DNA of 64,000 nucleotides from an uncultured Thermoleophilia bacterium (GCA_963831295.1 CAWHPR010000002.1:319964-383963); one strand, 5' to 3'. Numbered from the stretch's first letter, positions 7,997-21,400 are shown. Translations and numbers: made by a program. The notes: generated by a model not told the origin, from the sequence alone.

Positions 7997-10787
7997 CTAC
8001 AACTGGATGGTCGCGAGCGCGCCGCCCGAGGCGGCCCGAAGAAGCTCGACGGTCTCGGGATGACAGGTGAAGAGCAGGACCTGGTTGGCGGCGGCGAACT
8101 CGATCAGGAGCTCGGCCGTCGCCGCCGCCCTCTCTGGGTCGAAGTTGACGAGGCAGTCGTCCATGACGAAGGGCAGCCCGACACTGCGGGCGGCAAACTC
8201 GCTGGCCAGACCGAGACGGAGACAGAGGTACAGCTGCTCGGCGGTACCGCGGCTGAGCGTCGCCAGCGACTTCTCGTTGCCTTCCGCATCCACCACGCGA
8301 AGGTCGTCGTCGAGGTCCTCAGGCTGGACGACTGCGGCATAGCGGCCGCCGGTCACGCGCGCGAAGGCCGCGCCGGCCGATGCCAGCACGGCCGGCTGCC
8401 GCGTGCGCATGAACTCACGCAGCGTGCGGTCGACGAGCGCCTGAGCGAGCTTGACCTCCCGGTACTCGGACACCGCCTCGTCGAGCTCGGCGCGCAGACC
8501 CTCGAGCTCCGCCTGCAGACGCGGAACGTCGGCCGAGCGCTCGAGCTCCTCGCGCGAGCGACGCGCGTCCTGGTGACGTCGAATGGCCTCGTCGTACTCC
8601 CGCGCGAGAGCAGTGATGCGTGCCTCGGCCTCCAACACGGTCGCCTTCCAGGACTCGAGATCCCCGTCCGCGAGCTCCCCGCGCACGTGGGCGGCCTCGT
8701 CGCCCTCCCCGAAGCGCGTGCGCAACTCCTGCTCGGCCGCGCGTACGCGACGATCCAGATCGTCACGCCGATCGGCCGCGACGCATGCCTCCTCGACGGC
8801 CTGCTCCAGACCCATCGCGTCGAGACCGGCGCAGTCGCGACCGGCCTTCGCGAGAGCGCCGCGGGCCGCGTCCTCCCACGCGCGCGCCTCGGTCTCGAGC
8901 GTCGTGAGGCGGTCGCGCGTCGCGTCGCGACGCGCGACCGCCTCACGACCCCGCTCGAGCGCGGCGAGGAACTCGGTGACCCCCTCGATCGACAGAGTCT
9001 CGGGATAGCCGCGTTCGGCCTTGTAGCCACGCCATTCGCCCTCCGCGACCGCCAGCCGCTCCGCGACGCCGGCGCGCTCGGCGTGACGCTGCTCGAGGAG
9101 CGTGCGCTCGCGCGCGAGCTCCGCCTCGTGCTCCCGGTGCTCGCGCCGAAGGCCGTCGTACTCGACGCGCGCCGTACGCTCGGCCCTCACGCGGGCTTCG
9201 ACGGCGTCGACCTCGGCGTCGCCGGGTGCAGGCGACAGGCCGAGCTGGGCGGCGCGTTCGGCGACACGCGTCTGCGGGGCACGGAGACCCGACACAGCCG
9301 TGCCGTCCGCGCTCCTGCCTCGCGCGCCCAACGCCATCGCCACAGCGGCCGCCAGTGCGACCGCGGCCCCCCCGAACCACGCGGTCGCGTCCGTCTCGCG
9401 CGTGGCGCCGGCGACGGCAAGAGCGACGGCCAGCACGGCCAGCACGGCCGCTCCGAAGAAGAGAAGACGCCGAGGCCCTGCCGGCGCCCGATGCGCCGCG
9501 GCCTGCGCCGCCCGCAGCTCGCCGCGCTCCTCGCGCAACATGGCCACGAGGACCTCTCGCGCTTCGACCTCGACGAGCGTCGGCGGCTCCACCTCGGGCA
9601 GCCGCCGAGCGCGCTCACCGCACTCGAGCTGCAGCCCGGCGACGCGCTGCTCCGCACCCGCTGCGGCTCGAGCCGCCTCGCTCTCGTCGGCGACGAGCCG
9701 CGAGAGTCGCTGCTCCCACTGTCGCACCTCGTCGCGCGCGGGTATCGATGGATCGACCGCGCGGATCTGATCTTCGGTCCAGCCAGGCCCAAGCTCGTCG
9801 AGCGTCGCCGACACCACGCGCTCGGCGTCGCCGGCCTCGCGCTGAAGGTCGCCACGTCCGTGAAGCCGGTCACGACGCACCGGAAGCCTCTCCGCCAGGG
9901 CACGCAGGGCCGTCACGGTCGACGGGTCGAACGCCGGCAGACCCTCGAGCTCAGCTCTCGGCCTGCCGGGCCGAGCTCCAGCGCGGCCAGAGCTCTTCGA
10001 GGGCGACCAGATGCGCCCGAAGGGCGCGCTCGGCCGAGGCCTGATCGCGCAGTTCGTCCGCCGAGGCCTGCAGCTGCCGCTCCTCGGCGACCAGCTCGCC
10101 GTACGTCGCAGCCTCGCGAGCGGCCTCGTTCACCTCGTTGTGCGCGACTTCGATGTCGCGCAGCAGGTCGTTGATGCGCGCCTTCCCCTTGCTGCCCTTC
10201 AGCAGCTCGCCGGCGCGTTTGTCGAGTTGCTGGCTGGCCTCGCGGGCCGAGCGGCCCGCGCCCACGACGCCGGCGCTGAAGATGTGCTGCCTGACGCCCT
10301 CCTCGTTGAGCGCATCGAACGACTGCAGCTCGGCGAGCCCGAACGCGAAGACGGACCTGAACACCCCGGCGTCGGCGTGGCCGAGGAGCCGGGCGAGGGC
10401 CTCGTCTCCGCCCTCGTCGCCGGCGGAGCCGGCGAGGCGCGGCGCCTTGTCGCCCCTGTAGCGCCAGAGCTCGTGGCGCTCGCTCCCCTCGAGGAGCGTC
10501 ACCCACCCGCCGTGCTTGCCTCCGCGGACGGGGTCGTACTGGGGCAGGCTGGTCGTGCGCCTGGGAAACCCGAAGAGGATATAGCGCAAGAAGGCGAGTT
10601 GGGTGCTCTTACCGGCCTCGTTGGCGCCGACAAGGACCGTGAGCGTCGGGTCGATCTCGCCGATCTCGTGGTCGCGCAAGACGCCGAAACCGTCGATCCA
10701 CCAGCCGCCGATCCGCACGAAGCGCGCCGGCTGCGATCCGGCCGAGGACTCGCCGCCGTCGGCCCGACGGCCGCGTGGCGCCGTCAC
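7997..10787 (-). CDS. yhaN: YhaN-like AAA/SMC-type coiled-coil ATPase, split by an apparent +1 frameshift near 9950
   Basis: ORF 9951-10787 has IDGFG and Walker A GANEAGKST. ORF 7997-9916 has LSRGTAEQLYLCLRL and VMDDCLVNFD. The frames join around ...QAES/ELEGLPAFDP. Confidence 0.8.
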
Positions 10788-12055
10788 GCCTCCTCCCGCT
10801 CGAGAAGATCGAGGGCGCGCGCCTCGGCGCGCCGCAGGAGTCCGATGGCGGCATCGCCACCGGCGAGCGGCTGCACCCAGCGTCCTGCGCGCCCCCGGCC
10901 CAGCGGTTCGCAGAGCTCGTCGAGCAACACCTCACGGCGCTCGCCGTCATCGCGCAGCGCGTCGGCGAGCGCAAGCAGCTCCGCGGAGAAGTCGCCGCGC
11001 CTGCGGATCTCGTCGCGGTCGAGCGGCGACTGCGTCTCATCCTTGAGGGACTCGACCCACAGGAACGGCGAGGCGCCGCGCCACTCGTCGCGGAGTTCCT
11101 CGAGGAGGTCGGCCGTCGCGCGCGGCGCCCGCAAGGCGTTGTGGACCGGCCCCCTGCCCTGAAGACGGGTGCGCACGAGCAGCCCACGGCCCTCGTGCTC
11201 GCCGCGCAGGGCGTCTGCCCTCTCGAGCAGAGCCGCACGCAGGGCCACGAGATCGTCGAGGCCGGCGATGTCGAGTTCACTCTGGGCGAAACGCACGCTG
11301 TCGGTCGCGACGAAGCGTGCCTCGCGGACGCCGGACCCCCCGACCTCGACCACGAGAGCCCCCTTTGCCCCGGACTCGGCCGGCTTTGGGCTGCGCCCCT
11401 GGGTGTCGCCCGGGTACATGACCCAAGGCTCACGGCTGACCTCGCGGCGCTGGTGGATGTGGCCGAGCGCCCAGTAATCGAGGCGCGCCGCTCGCAGATC
11501 GGCGAGCGAGCAGGGGGCGTAGGCGTCGTGTTCGGGGTTCGACCCCACGCTGGCGTGGAGAAGCCCCACGTGCAAGCCCGGCCCCTCATCGCGCGCGAAG
11601 CGAAGGGCAAGGTTCTCGCGGGTCTCGCGGCGCCCGTAGCTCAGCCCGTAGACCGTCGCCGCCGGCTCGCCGTCGATCTCGACGCGCTCCGCCTCGACGG
11701 CGTTCGCCCCGAAGACGTGCACGCCCTCGGGCCACTCGCCCATCGCCGACCAGCCGCTCAACGGGTCGTGGTTGCCGTGCACGATGAACGCGCGGACGCC
11801 GTGCTCGCTCAGCCGCTCCAGCCCGCGCCGGAAGCGCAACTGGGCCCGGACCCCGCGCTCGGCGCCGTCGTAGATGTCGCCGGCCAGGACGAGGAAGGCC
11901 GCACCTTCGTCGAGGGTGAGGCGCACGAGCTCGTCCCACGCCTCGAGAGAGGCCTCGCGCAGCGCGTCGCCCACCTCGGGCGCCGCCTTGGCGACGCCCT
12001 CGAACGGTGTGTCGAGATGCAGGTCGGCGGCGTGAACGAAGCGGAAATCGGCCAT
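10784..12055 (-). CDS. yhaO: YhaO/SbcD/Mre11-like metallophosphoesterase (DNA repair nuclease subunit)
   Basis: HAADLHLD, LAGDIYD, HGNHD, ALGHIH, YPGDTQGR. Overlaps the yhaN start by 4 bp. Confidence 0.9.
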   Translation of the reverse strand: MADFRFVHAADLHLDTPFEGVAKAAPEVGDALREASLEAWDELVRLTLDEGAAFLVLAGDIYDGAERGVRAQLRFRRGLERLSEHGVRAFIVHGNHDPLSGWSAMGEWPEGVHVFGANAVEAERVEIDGEPAATVYGLSYGRRETRENLALRFARDEGPGLHVGLLHASVGSNPEHDAYAPCSLADLRAARLDYWALGHIHQRREVSREPWVMYPGDTQGRSPKPAESGAKGALVVEVGGSGVREARFVATDSVRFAQSELDIAGLDDLVALRAALLERADALRGEHEGRGLLVRTRLQGRGPVHNALRAPRATADLLEELRDEWRGASPFLWVESLKDETQSPLDRDEIRRRGDFSAELLALADALRDDGERREVLLDELCEPLGRGRAGRWVQPLAGGDAAIGLLRRAEARALDLLEREEA

Positions 12056-12219
12056 GGTCGTCCTATCTTACGCGACAGCCCCGGACGGAGGAGCGTGCCC
12101 GTGCCCCGCCGGCGAGCCCGAACTCGCCGGACGAGGTCGACGATCAACGTCGCCAGTACTGGATCGCACGCTCGGCGGGAAGACTCCTCTTGGTAGACGG
12201 CACGAGATGGGGACCTCAG

Positions 12220-12375
12220 ATGCGGACCGACGACAGGAGCGATCGCGCGACGCGCACCCGGCCGACCACCCGCGAGAGCAGCACCCTGCTGGTCAGGGTG
12301 ACCTTGGTCGTCGCGCTCGCGCTCTTCACGATCATCTGGCTGCTGCTCGCCCCGGGATCGGCCGCCGCGCTCTGA
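12220..12375 (+). CDS. Small single-pass membrane protein
   Basis: MRTDDRS...LLVRVTLVVALALFTIIWLLLAP, 51 aa with one hydrophobic helix. Confidence 0.45.
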   Translation: MRTDDRSDRATRTRPTTRESSTLLVRVTLVVALALFTIIWLLLAPGSAAAL

Positions 12376-12558
12376 CGACCGCGCGAACGGAGGCCGCCGC
12401 TGCCGCCGGCAGCCACGGCGGCGAAGCGCGCCTGCGACGACTGACGCAGCGTGCATCCGGCGGCACGGAGCCACGCGACTGTGCCCTTCATCTGGCGGGC
12501 CGACCCGCCCCGCCGGCACGTCCGACCCCGCTCCTCAAGCGCGGAGACCGTGAGGCCG

Positions 12559-15233
12559 ATGAACGGACCGATGTCGACCTCACGAAAGTCACCCGCAACG
12601 TCGAAGACCGACCTCCTGACACTCGTCCGCGAGATGACGGCCGCCGTGACATCCGCGCGCGACCTCGACGAGACGCTGCAGCTCACCGCGCGACTCACCG
12701 CCCAGTCCGTGGGCGCGTGGGAATGCGACCTCTGGGAGTACCTCCCCGAGACACGCTCTCTGGTCGCGACCGCGGTCTGGGCCATCGAGCCGGGACCGTA
12801 TGACAAGGAGTGGGTCGGCGACACCATCGATGTCGACGAGCTGCCGGACTACCGTCGCGCCCTGGAAAGCAACACCCCGGTCGAGCTGTACATCGACGAT
12901 CCGGCGCTCGACCCGCGGGTCCGCGCGATCATGGAGCGCTGGGGTGAGAAGAGCTGGCTCCTCGTGCCGCTCGTCTTCGGCGGACGGCCCATCGGCATCG
13001 CCGAGGTGGTCGAGGAGCGCGAGATCCATCGCTTCAGCGCCGAGGAGAAGGACATCGCCATGACTCTGGCAGTACCCGTCGCGCTCGCGATCCACAGCGC
13101 GTGGATGCGCCGGCGAACGGCGGAGCAGAACCGTTACCTGGCCTCGCTGGTCGCATCCAGCCGCGCGATCAACTCGACCGTCGACCTCGACGAGGTGCTG
13201 AAGCGAGTCACGCGCGAGGCCTGCGAGGCGCTGGACGCCTGTCGCGCCGTTGTCTACACCTACGATCCGGATCGGGACGCCACCGTCTATCAGGCGCTTC
13301 ACGAGCGCGGGCCCGTGCCCAGCGGCGCCGCCGGCGAACTCGGCGCCGCCTACCGCCTCGACGACTACCCCGGAGAGCGTGCGATCCTGCACTCGCCCGC
13401 CATCGTGCTGGAGTACGCCGACGACCCCGACCTGCCTCCCGATCGGCTGAAGAGCATGACGACCTGGGGCGAGGCGACCGTCCTCAGCGTGCCGCTGCGC
13501 TACCAGCAGGAACCGCTCGGCATCCTGCGACTCTACGAGGACACGAGCAGGCGGGACTTCGCCGAACTGGAGCTCCAGTTCGCGGCCGGCCTCGGCGAGC
13601 TGGCCGGCGTCGCCATCCACAACGCCGCCGCGTACCGGCGTCAGGAGGTCCACAACCGCCAGCTGACCGCACTCCTCGAGGCCAGCACGGCGACGACCTC
13701 GAGCGTCGTGCTGGAGGACGCGCTGGCACGACTCGCCGAACGGGCCGCCGCCGCGTTCGGCTCGCCGCAGTGCCTCATCTACGAATACGACGCCGAGCAG
13801 GATAGCATCATCGCCCGCTCCCTCTACGGCGCGCCCGGCTCTCCGTCCGACGTGTTCGAGGACCCGGTCGGCACCGAGTACCCGCTGACCGACTACCCGA
13901 GCGACCGTCAGATCATGAAGGCCGGCGAGATCGTCGTCGAGCATGCATCCGATCCCACCGTGGAGCGACGACGTGGTCGAGTCGATGGAGCAAGTGGGGC
14001 GAGAAGACCTGCCTCACCGCACCGCTCATCTTCCACGGCGTGGCGTTCGGCCTCATGGAGCTCATCGAGACGGAGCGGGAACGCCACTTCACGCCGGACG
14101 AACTCGAGCTGGCCCGCGGGCTGGCGGAGCAGGCGGCTGCAGCCGTGCACAACGCCGCCTTCCTTCGGCAGCGTCGTGAGCACGAGGAGCGTTTGGTGAC
14201 GATCCTGCAGATGAGCCAGGGCATCGCCGCTTCCCTCGACGCCGCGGCGGTGATCGAACTGGTGAACGAGGGCATCATCGACGTCTTCCCTCGCGCGGAG
14301 ACGTCCGCCGAGATCATGCTCGCCACCGACGACGAGTGCTTCTGCCCGGCCACCCTGCGGCTGAGCGGCGGCGATGCCGCCGCGGCCGCGGCGCAGCCGG
14401 CCGACGAGCTCGTCGCCCGCGCGCTCGAGCGGCTCGCCCCGGTGCAGGAACCGTGGGACTACGGGCGGCGCCTCGTGGTCCCGCTCATCCTTCAACACAG
14501 GACGGCAGGCTACCTCGACGTGCGCCGCGAGCGCTCGCGGCGCATCAACGACGACGAGATCCAGCTGGTGCAGATCCTCATGAACCAGGCGGCCGTCGCG
14601 CTCGAGAACGCCGCCAATTTCGCGCGTCTCGAGACCACCTACCTCGAGACGGTGACGGCCTTGGCCGCCGCGATGGAGGCCAAGGACCACTACACGGCCG
14701 ACCACGCTCAGACCCTGGCCCGGACGGCCGTCTCGGTCGGCCGCCTCCTGGGCCTCAGCGAGTGTGAGCTGCGCGACCTGCAGTACGCGAGCGTGTTGCA
14801 CGACATCGGCAAGATCGGCGTCCCAGGCAGCATCCTCAACAAGCCGGGGAAGCTGACCGACGAGGAGTTCGCGGTGATGGCCGAGCACACCGTCATCGGC
14901 GAACGCATCCTCTCGCGGATCGAGCCCCTGGCGCCGATCGCCAGGGTCATCCGCGCGGCTCACGAGCGTTTCGACGGGCAGGGCTACCCCGACCGTCTCA
15001 GCGGCCAGGAGATTCCCCGGGCGGCCCGCATCGTCTTCGTCTGCGACGCTTTCCACGCGATGACCTCGGACCGGCCCTACCGCAAGGCGATGCCCGAGCA
15101 GGCGGCCCTCGAGGAGCTGCGGCGCAACGCCGGCGTGCAGTTCGACCCCGACGTCGTCGCGGCGTTCTGTGAGGCCTGGCCGGAGTTCGAGGACGCCCCT
15201 GTCGAACCGAGCGGCACGCCGGTGATCGCGTAG
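12559..15233 (+). CDS. Multi-GAF HD-GYP phosphodiesterase (c-di-GMP), interrupted by two apparent +1 insertions near 13962 and 13991
   Basis: Repeated GAF units sharing DP-x9-M-x2-WGE. C-terminal HDIGKIG, HERFDGQGYP and FHAMTSDRPYRKAM. Confidence 0.85.
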
Positions 15234-15624
15234 CACCAGTCCACGCGTCGCGCCGGCGCACGCCGCGCATCGATACGCGTAGCCTCCACTGGCGACCAGC
15301 CTCAAGAGTGGGCGAACGTCAGTCGATGCACTTCAGGATGCCTGTTTCGCGTACAGCAGCGGTACGACACCCGCAGCCGCTCCGAGTCGATGGCCCCCGC
15401 GACGTTCGGAGCGGCGCCTCGGGCAGACTCCGCGCGCGGCACGATCGCCGTCCAGCCCTCCCCCGAGCCTCGCGCGGAGCGCGGGGTTGCGTTGCCGAAT
15501 CTGGCTACGTAGGGTTGCCCGCAACAGTTTGGGGGGCTGTGCAACACTCAATCAGCCACTCCATGGACACCGCCGGCCGGTCGTGGCGTGCTGCGTCGCG
15601 ACGAACGACCACAGGGAGGCGCCC

Positions 15625-16129
15625 ATGAAGAAGGCCCTCGTCATCCTGCTGCTCACCTTCACCTTCGCGTTGGTGTTGTCGCCCGCTGTGGCGCAGGCCG
15701 TCACACCGACCACTGCCGAGCTGCAGGTCATCGCCGCGATCAACAAGGAGCGCACGAAGCGCGGCTTGGCGCCGGTCAGGTTCAAAGCCGTCCTCACCAC
15801 GGCGGCCCGGGCGCACTCGAAGGAGATGGCCGCGCCGCAACATCCTCACCCACTACAGCGCCAACGGCATGACGATGCCGCAGCGCCTGCGCTATTACGG
15901 CTACCGCTCCGCGGGCTGCACCTTCTGGAAGGTCGGCGAGAACATCGGCCGTGCCCGCTACGGCACCCTCTTCGCCACGCCCACGGGCATGGTCGCGCTC
16001 TGGATGACCAGCCCCGCGCACAAGGCGGTGATCCTGACCGCTTGCTTCCGCGATATCGGCGTCGGGATGCGCCTCTCCGCGACGGGCTATCGCTACTTCA
16101 CGGTCGACTTCGGCCGGCGCATCTACTGA
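15625..16129 (+). CDS. Secreted CAP/SCP-domain protein, apparent +1 frameshift near 15835
   Basis: Signal peptide MKKALVILLL, INKERTKRGLAP, AARAHS, then in the next frame GENIG and WMTSPAHKAVIL. RBS GGGAGG. Confidence 0.8.
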
Positions 16130-16141
16130 CCCAACGCGATG

Positions 16142-16180
16142 ACGGCGCGCCTGTCTCTCGACGAGAGACAGGCGCGCCGT
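16142..16180. terminator. Probable bidirectional intrinsic terminator
   Basis: Perfect 18-bp stem ACGGCGCGCCTGTCTCTC-gac-GAGAGACAGGCGCGCCGT between the convergent CAP and SpoIID genes. Confidence 0.75.
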
Positions 16181-16260
16181 TTCGCGTGTGCACCTGACGA
16201 GGTCGTGCGACTGACTCCGGTCGGCGAGACGGCCACGCCGCTCCGCCCACCGGCGTCTCG

Positions 16261-18100
16261 CTACTCGACGATCACCGTCAGCGTCGGGCTCAGGCCGAAG
16301 ATCATCTGATCGCCGGCGGGCACGGTGACGCGGAACTGGTGGGTGCCGGCCTCCGCGATCCAGGCCATCGAGTAGAGCCCCTCGGCGCCGATCGTCGACT
16401 CGACGAGGGTCTCCCACCCGACGCCGTCGACGTAGCGCTGCAGCCTGATCAGACTCCCGACCCTGGTCAGCGGAAGGACCGCGCCGGAGAAGGTCACCGT
16501 CTCACCCGCCGCCGGAGCGACCGGCGCGAACTCCGCCGTCACCAGCGGGCGCACCATGATGGTCGTCTGCGGCGAGCGCGACTTGCCGTAGAGGAACTGG
16601 TAGATCGTCGTGCGCCCGGGCTTGCCGAGGAGCGAGTAGTCGACGCAGGTGCCGCTCTTCGTGCTGCCGTCGTAGACGAAGCTGAAGGTCCTGCGCACGG
16701 TGCGGTCGCCGCGCACCGTCGTCGTCTTCCAGACGCCGTCGCGGTAGTACCTCAGCGTGATGCGCTTGTCGACGCCGATGCCCCTGTAGCTGCGGCCCTC
16801 GAGGAGGATCCGGTCGCCGTAGGTGATCTTCACCTCGTCGTCCATCGCCGGCGAGATGCTCATGGTGCGCACCCAGAACCAGGAGTCGCGCAGGCCGAGC
16901 TTGTTGCGCAGCGTCCAGCCCGACGCGGCCGACGCCAGGTGCGCGGTCGTACCGTCGGTACCCAGGACGTAGGCGAGCACCACGCGCGGGGAGACGCCGC
17001 GCTTGGCGACGTAGATCGTGCGCAGCGTGCCCTGGACGAGAGAGCCGAGCTTGGTCGTCACGGTGGCGGCCGACCAGCGATACGGCGCGTCCGCCCACAC
17101 GTGGTAGGGCGAGTAGTAGTCGTAGGGATCCGTCACGCCCTTCAGGTACGGGACGGCGCTACCGCCCCACACGTTCTCGATGTTCTCGGTGTGACCGCCC
17201 GAGGTCGAAGAGAAGTAGGCGACGATGGGGGTGCCCGCGTAGGTCGGCACGACGCCCGCCGTCACCGAGACGGCGAGGTTGGTCGAGTCCGCCTCGCCGT
17301 CGTAGCCGTTGTAGACCTGGCTCGCGGCGGTGCAGTAGAGGTCGTAGTTGGTGAGCTTCTTGATGCCGCGCACGGCGTACGAGCGCGCGGCCACCGCCTG
17401 CGCCCTGAGCGCGGCCTGCGGCCACGAGGACGGCATCTCGCGCGGCACGACCCCGCGCAGATAGCCCTCGAGGGCGACATGGTTGACGATGAGGAACTTC
17501 GAGTCTGACTCCACGACCCTGAGAGAGCCGCGATAGCGCGCCCCGTCGCTGTCGTACGGCCAGCCGTTCGCGTTGCGGTTGTAGAGGCGGAGCAGCGATG
17601 TCCCCTTCTTGAACTTCACCGCCGACGGGAAGACCCAGGACGAGTCGCCCGCCGTGACGCGGTAGGCGCTTCCCGTCCAGGTGACCGTCGCCAGCACGCC
17701 GCCCGGGATGGTCCTCGTCGTCGTGCCGTCGGTCACCTTGTAGGCCGTCCTCGACGTCACGCGCGCGTCGGTCTGCCCGCTGGCCAGCAGCACGCGGACG
17801 GTCACATTCGAGGTCGTGCCGATCCTCACGTCGGTGTAGTAGTGCCGGATGATGCTCTTGTAGCCCCACCCTGCCTTCGCGTAGCCATAGGCGCCGTACT
17901 GGCTCATGCCGATGCCGTGGCCCCACCCGCGGCCGCCGAGATTGAAGAGCGTCTCCTCGGAGGCCCGCGCCTGCGGCGCGGGCCCCAGCACGAGCACGCC
18001 AGAAGGCGAGCAGGGCCGCGGCCGTCACGAGCGCGTGGCCCGACCAGCGCCGGTCGCCGTGCGCCGCGATGAAGGGGCGAAGCCGATACTGTGGTGTCAC
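16261..18100 (-). CDS. SpoIID/LytB-domain lytic transglycosylase with C-terminal Ig-like extension; signal peptide separated by an apparent +1 frameshift near 18000
   Basis: GRGWGHGIGMSQYGA, LEGYLRGVVPREM, ALRAQAVAARSYA, SQVYNG. The N-terminal signal-like stretch (HALVTAAALLAF) starts at GTG 18100 in the adjacent frame. Confidence 0.85.
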
Positions 18101-18439
18101 GATGATGGGTCATGTGAGAGGAGGAGTCACCGACCAGTACCGTCCATGGTGCCCGTGCGCGGGCCCGGTGTCCACCGTGTAGCTTCGCCCGCCGAGGCAA
18201 CGCCGGCCCCACAGGCGCACCGGCCTCTCTCGACTTCGGCGGCCTCCGGCACACCCCTGCCCGATCTTCGCGTCGAGCCCGCCACGAGCCCTTTGTCGCC
18301 AGCGACGGTGACGTTCGCGAGCCTGCGGGAGTGTAGACCGCTCGCCATCCTGCCGATGCAGAGGTAGCATGGGCATACGTCACTGCAAACGCACTTTACG
18401 CCGCCGCCTGCCCTCACGGCCGGCGGCCCAGGGGGTCAC

Positions 18440-21400
18440 ATGTTGATGCGGGCACGGCGCCAGCGTGGCGGTCGACGTCACGAAACGAGACTACTCCTTC
18501 TCAGCATCGCCTTGCTGCTGGCCGTTCTCGCCGGCTGCACCGCCGTGGTCGCGCCGAGCGCGGCGGCGACACTGGAACTGACGGCCGATTCGTCCACGAC
18601 CAACATCGTAGGGCCAGCGCCGTCCGCCACCGGCGGCCACGGCACCGGCCTCCGCCCCGGCCCGGTCGACTTCTCGGAGCTGCAGGGCGTCCAGGTCAGC
18701 CCGCAGATGCTGACCTACGCGCCCTCCTTCGACCTGCGCTCGCTGGGCAGACTGACTCCGGTCAGAGACCAGGGCATCTACGGCACCTGCTGGGCCTTCG
18801 CCGCCTACGGCTCCCTCGAGTCGAGCCTCCTGCCCGGCGAGACCTGGGACTTCTCCGAGGACAACATGGTCTACTTCCACGGCTTCGACTGGGACGGCTA
18901 CGACGGCGGGAACTTCGAGATGGCCACCGCCTACCTCGTGCGCTGGGGCGGGCCGTTCACTGAAGCGCAGGACGCGTACGCCGACGGCGTACACCCCGAT
19001 CCGTCCTCGCTGACCCTGCAGAAGCACGTGCAGAGCGTGGTGATGATGCCGCCGCGGGCCGACTCGACGGCGAACGACGATCTCAAGTACGCACTCACCA
19101 CGTACGGCGCCGTCGGCACCAGCATGTACTGGATGTCCGGGGCCCTGGACACGGAGACCGGCGGCTACTACTACAGCGGCACCGCGACGGCCAACCACGG
19201 CGTCACGCTCGTCGGCTGGGACGACTCGTACAGCCGTACGAACTTCGCGACCCAGCCGCCGGGCGACGGCGCCTTCATCGTGCGCAACAGCTGGGGCTCC
19301 ACGTGGGGCACGACGACAGGTGGCACGTGGGGAGGCGACGGCTACTTCTACGTCTCCTACTACGACGCCGAGTTCGCCTACGCGACGAGCGCGGTCTTCA
19401 CCGAGGCAGAGCCGACCGACAACTACGCGAGGGTCTATCAGTACGACCCGCTGGGCTACGTCTCATCGCTCGGCTTCCAGGACAACCCCACGGCCTGGTT
19501 CGCCAACCGCTTCACCGCCGCCGCCGACGAGCCGCTCGCCGCGGTGGGCTTCTACACGCCGGCGCCAGACGCGACCTACGAGGTGTACGCCGGCGCCACG
19601 CTCGCCACCAAGCAGCTCAAGGCCAGCGGCACCCTCAGCGACTTCGGCTACCACACCGTCCAGCTGGACACGCCGATGGATCTCACCGACGGACAGTCCT
19701 TCGCCGTGGCGGTCAAGCTGACGGTGCCGTCCTTCGACGGCTCGTGGGTCGCCCCGATCGTCGTCGAGATCCCCGTGCAGAAGTACTCCAGCAAGGCGTC
19801 GGCGGCTGCCGGTCAGAGCTACTACTCGAGCAACGGCTCGACCTGGACCGACTTCACGACCTTCGATCCCAAGGGTAACGTCTGCCTCAAGGCCTACACC
19901 CAGGGCACCGGCCCCATGGCGCCCACGGTCACGGCCCCGAACGGCGGCGAGAGCTGGTCGCTCGGGTCGCCACAGACGATCACCTGGACGGGCGGGGGCG
20001 ACGGCACGGCGACGATCGAGCTCAGCCTCGACGGCGGCGCGACCTACCCCGTGACGATCGCCGCCGACACGACCAACGACGGCAGTCAGCCGTGGGTCGT
20101 GGACTCCGACTCCACCTCACTCGCCAAGGTGCGCGTGACGACGGCGACCGGAGCCGACGAGTCGGACGCCGTGTTCGCCATCTCCGGGTCACCCGTGGAG
20201 CAGGGCGGCTGGCTCGCCCAGCTCACGGGCACGGCGCTGCCCCTCTGGGACATCGCCGGCTGGGGCGAGGACCGCGCCTACGCCGCCGGCGACGACGGCA
20301 CCATCGTCGGCACCGTCGACGCCGGCGACCATTGGTCGGCGCAGCCGACGCCCGTCACCAACGACCTCCGCGGCGTCGACTTCCTCGACGATGCGTTCGG
20401 CTACGCCGTCGGCGGCAGCGGACGCATGCTGCGCACCAGCAACGCCGGCGCGAGCTGGGTGAAGCTGGCGTCCGGCGCATCCCGGGTCCTGAACGGGATC
20501 GACGTCATCGACGCCACGCGCGCCGCGGCGGCCGGCCGTGAGGGGATCTTCCGCACCTCCGACGGCGGTGCGACCTGGAGACACCAGACCTCGGGCCTCG
20601 CCGACGTCATCTGGCTGCGCGACGTCGACTTCATCAGCCCGCTGCGCGGCTGGACCGTCGGGTACGGCGGCCAGATCTTCTCCACGACGAACGCCGGCGG
20701 CTCCTGGCGCCAGCGGACTTCAGGCACCAGCGAACACCTGGAGGCCGTCACCTTCCTCACCTCGAAGTGGGGTTGGGCCGTCGGCCGCAACGGCGTGGTC
20801 CTGCAGACCGTCGACGGCGGCGCGAACTGGTTGAGCGTCGGCGTCCCCACCGATGAGGATCTCTGGGACGTCGAATTCGTCGGCGCGGAGCTCGGCTGGA
20901 TCGTCGGCGACGGCGGCACGGTCCTCAAGACCGTCGACGGCGGCGTGACCTGGGTCGCCCAGGACCTCGGCTGGGCCCCGACGCTGCGCGGCGTGACCAT
21001 GCAATCGGAGGGCTATGGGTGGGCCGCCGGGTTCGACGGCACGACACTGCGCTTCTGGCCCGGCAGCGGCGGCGACGATCTGCTGCCGCCGCACACGACG
21101 GCGACCGCCGTCCTCGATCGCTGGTACAACGTGGCGGTGCCCATCACCCTGGACGCGACCGACCCCTCCGGGGTGGCGCGCAGCGAGTACCGTATGGACG
21201 ACGGCGACTGGCAGACCGGCGGCGAGGTCGTGACCGAGGCGCCGCTCGATGGGGCGAACGACGGCTATCACCGCGTCGACTACCGCTCGGTCGACACACT
21301 TGACAACACCGAGTCGTTCCACTCTATCGAGGTGCGCCTCGACACGCAGCGACCGGTCACCGCGGCGCCCTACAAGGAGAGAGTCGCGCGGTACAACTAC

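Noticed and set aside
9951-9953. TGA in yhaN as selenocysteine or readthrough
   Set aside because: Homology continues in a different frame, so this is a frameshift rather than recoding.
8060-10174. Long antisense ORFs (also 1447-3105, 52352-55009, 10775-12196 and many others)
   Set aside because: They are opposite-strand or off-frame shadows of well-supported genes, expected in high-GC DNA, and show no motifs.
15485-15560. Possible c-di-AMP (ydaO) riboswitch upstream of the CAP gene (GCCGAATC, GTAGGG, TTTTGGGG)
   Set aside because: The fragments are in the wrong order and the conserved CCCGTCAGCTAAC 3' part is missing.
18100-18440. c-di-GMP-I riboswitch in the SpoIID / C1 peptidase divergent region
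   Set aside because: Only a loose GGCGAAGCTAC match, without the GGCAAAC...GAAA tetraloop architecture.
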